Below, one piece after another: positions 63,259 through 64,000 of a DNA stretch of 64,000 bases. This stretch comes from an uncultured Acidobacteriota bacterium (GTDB taxonomy: Bacteria; Acidobacteriota; Blastocatellia; RBC074). Each line of letters starts with the position of its first letter. The stretch's first letter is position 1. The translations under genes were made by a program, and so were the position numbers. The DNA is taken from assembly GCA_963796275.1 (NCBI GenBank), contig CAWCKY010000002.1:96001-160000 (forward strand), written 5' to 3'. The notes under the pieces are model-generated. The model made no database searches. It had not been told where the DNA came from and saw nothing but the letters and a program-made list of their open reading frames with translations.

Positions 63259-63446
63259 AGATTCCTCCTTTGGATATATGTATTGTTTTTACGCAATCGG
63301 CTCGATCGCAGCGTGGGAATCCATCGCTAGTAAAACCAACAAACGAAAGAAACTCACAGCATTTTTTGGAAATGCAATATTGATGCGAAGGAGCCCATTG
63401 CTATTGGAGGTTGGCTCTACGCTAGGGATTGGCACGGTCTGCTACG

Positions 63447-63461
63447 GCAACGTCCGTGCCA
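63447..63461 (-). promoter_or_regulatory. Candidate sigma-54 promoter of the TIGR03118 gene
   Basis: Minus strand TGGCACGGACGTTGC is an exact TGGCAC-N5-TTGC match. Confidence 0.65.
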
Positions 63462-63643
63462 TCCTCACTGAAGCTTCGCTCTCCTTCAATGTGAGAGTAG
63501 AAAATGGCGAGGTCCGGCGTCTAAAGTTATGGGTGGAGCAGGCGAACAACGAATACGTTTAAAGAATGTTGGCTATAAACAAAATCGACAGTTGGATCCC
63601 CCATCCCCTCAAGTGGTCGGCAGCATGAACCAGTGGCTTGAGA

Positions 63644-63770
63644 CAGGCTTGACTCATTCTTACATCAGGCTTGACTCATTCTTACATAAAGCTGCCACAG
63701 ACGCAGACAGCGATGGGTGAACGGTACATCAAGATGCCACAGATGCGGACAGCGGACGCGGACAGTGATA
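63644..63770. repeat. Exact 22-bp tandem duplication followed by an imperfect ~30-bp repeat
   Basis: CAGGCTTGACTCATTCTTACAT x2 (63644-63687); TACAT.AAG.TGCCACAGA.GC.GACAGCG at 63683 and 63725. Confidence 0.85.
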
Positions 63771-63860
63771 GATGCTAAAGGGATCGCTTTCATAGTAATA
63801 AGTTGGTATGAATGTTTGTGCATTGTCTAAATCGATACATGCGAGATTGGAACAGCGGCA

Positions 63861-63937
63861 ACCACGGATTTTTACAGATGCAATGGATAGTCACGGATTA
63901 GTCGGGTTGATTCATCGCATCGGTAAAAATTCGTGGT
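63861..63937. repeat. REP-like imperfect inverted repeat (CACGGAT type)
   Basis: ACCACGGATTTTTACAGATGC...GCATCGGTAAAAATTCGTGGT. Confidence 0.75.
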
Positions 63938-64000
63938 GAATTTACTCCTCCATTTCCCCCAGTGTGACATTATTGAGTCACATGACCATAAATTCACTAT

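Noticed and set aside
63173-63562. 129-aa plus-strand ORF
   Set aside because: Overlaps the TIGR03118 start and promoter; no motif or clear RBS
63644-63770. Repeats resembling a mini CRISPR array
   Set aside because: Only two copies of each unit, no unique ~30-bp spacers, and no cas genes in the window

Overview
A GC-rich bacterial accessory region of about 40 genes, mostly on the minus strand. Gene content suggests Acidobacteriota, but that is inference. Cargo covers redox and stress enzymes (cNMP-domain thioredoxin-reductase-like flavoprotein, MerA/RclA-like disulfide reductase, MOSC-FNR-2Fe2S, SodC, Dps, DoxX, RpiB, SDRs, alpha/beta hydrolases) and three efflux systems (TolC-EmrAB-like, an RND pair, MdtABC with an outer membrane factor). 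It also has two molybdoenzymes (FdhF/YdeP-like, and a Tat-exported PaoABC-like enzyme with a cytochrome b). A regulatory core comprises a PAS histidine kinase with a FixJ/NodW-like regulator, a lone receiver, a sigma-54 activator and an AraC regulator. There are several gene remnants, frameshifts, a TnpB relic and palindromic intergenic repeats. The main unexplained structure is a conserved 39-bp bipartite operator (GCAARA-N3-AG-N9-RCAAAW-N6-AAGAY). It lies 18-19 bp upstream of a -10-like hexamer in eight promoters across 50 kb, always in the direction of transcription. This suggests a locally encoded AraC-type stress and efflux regulon, whose regulator appears to have a sigma-54 promoter. All alignments were made by eye; no database search was run.
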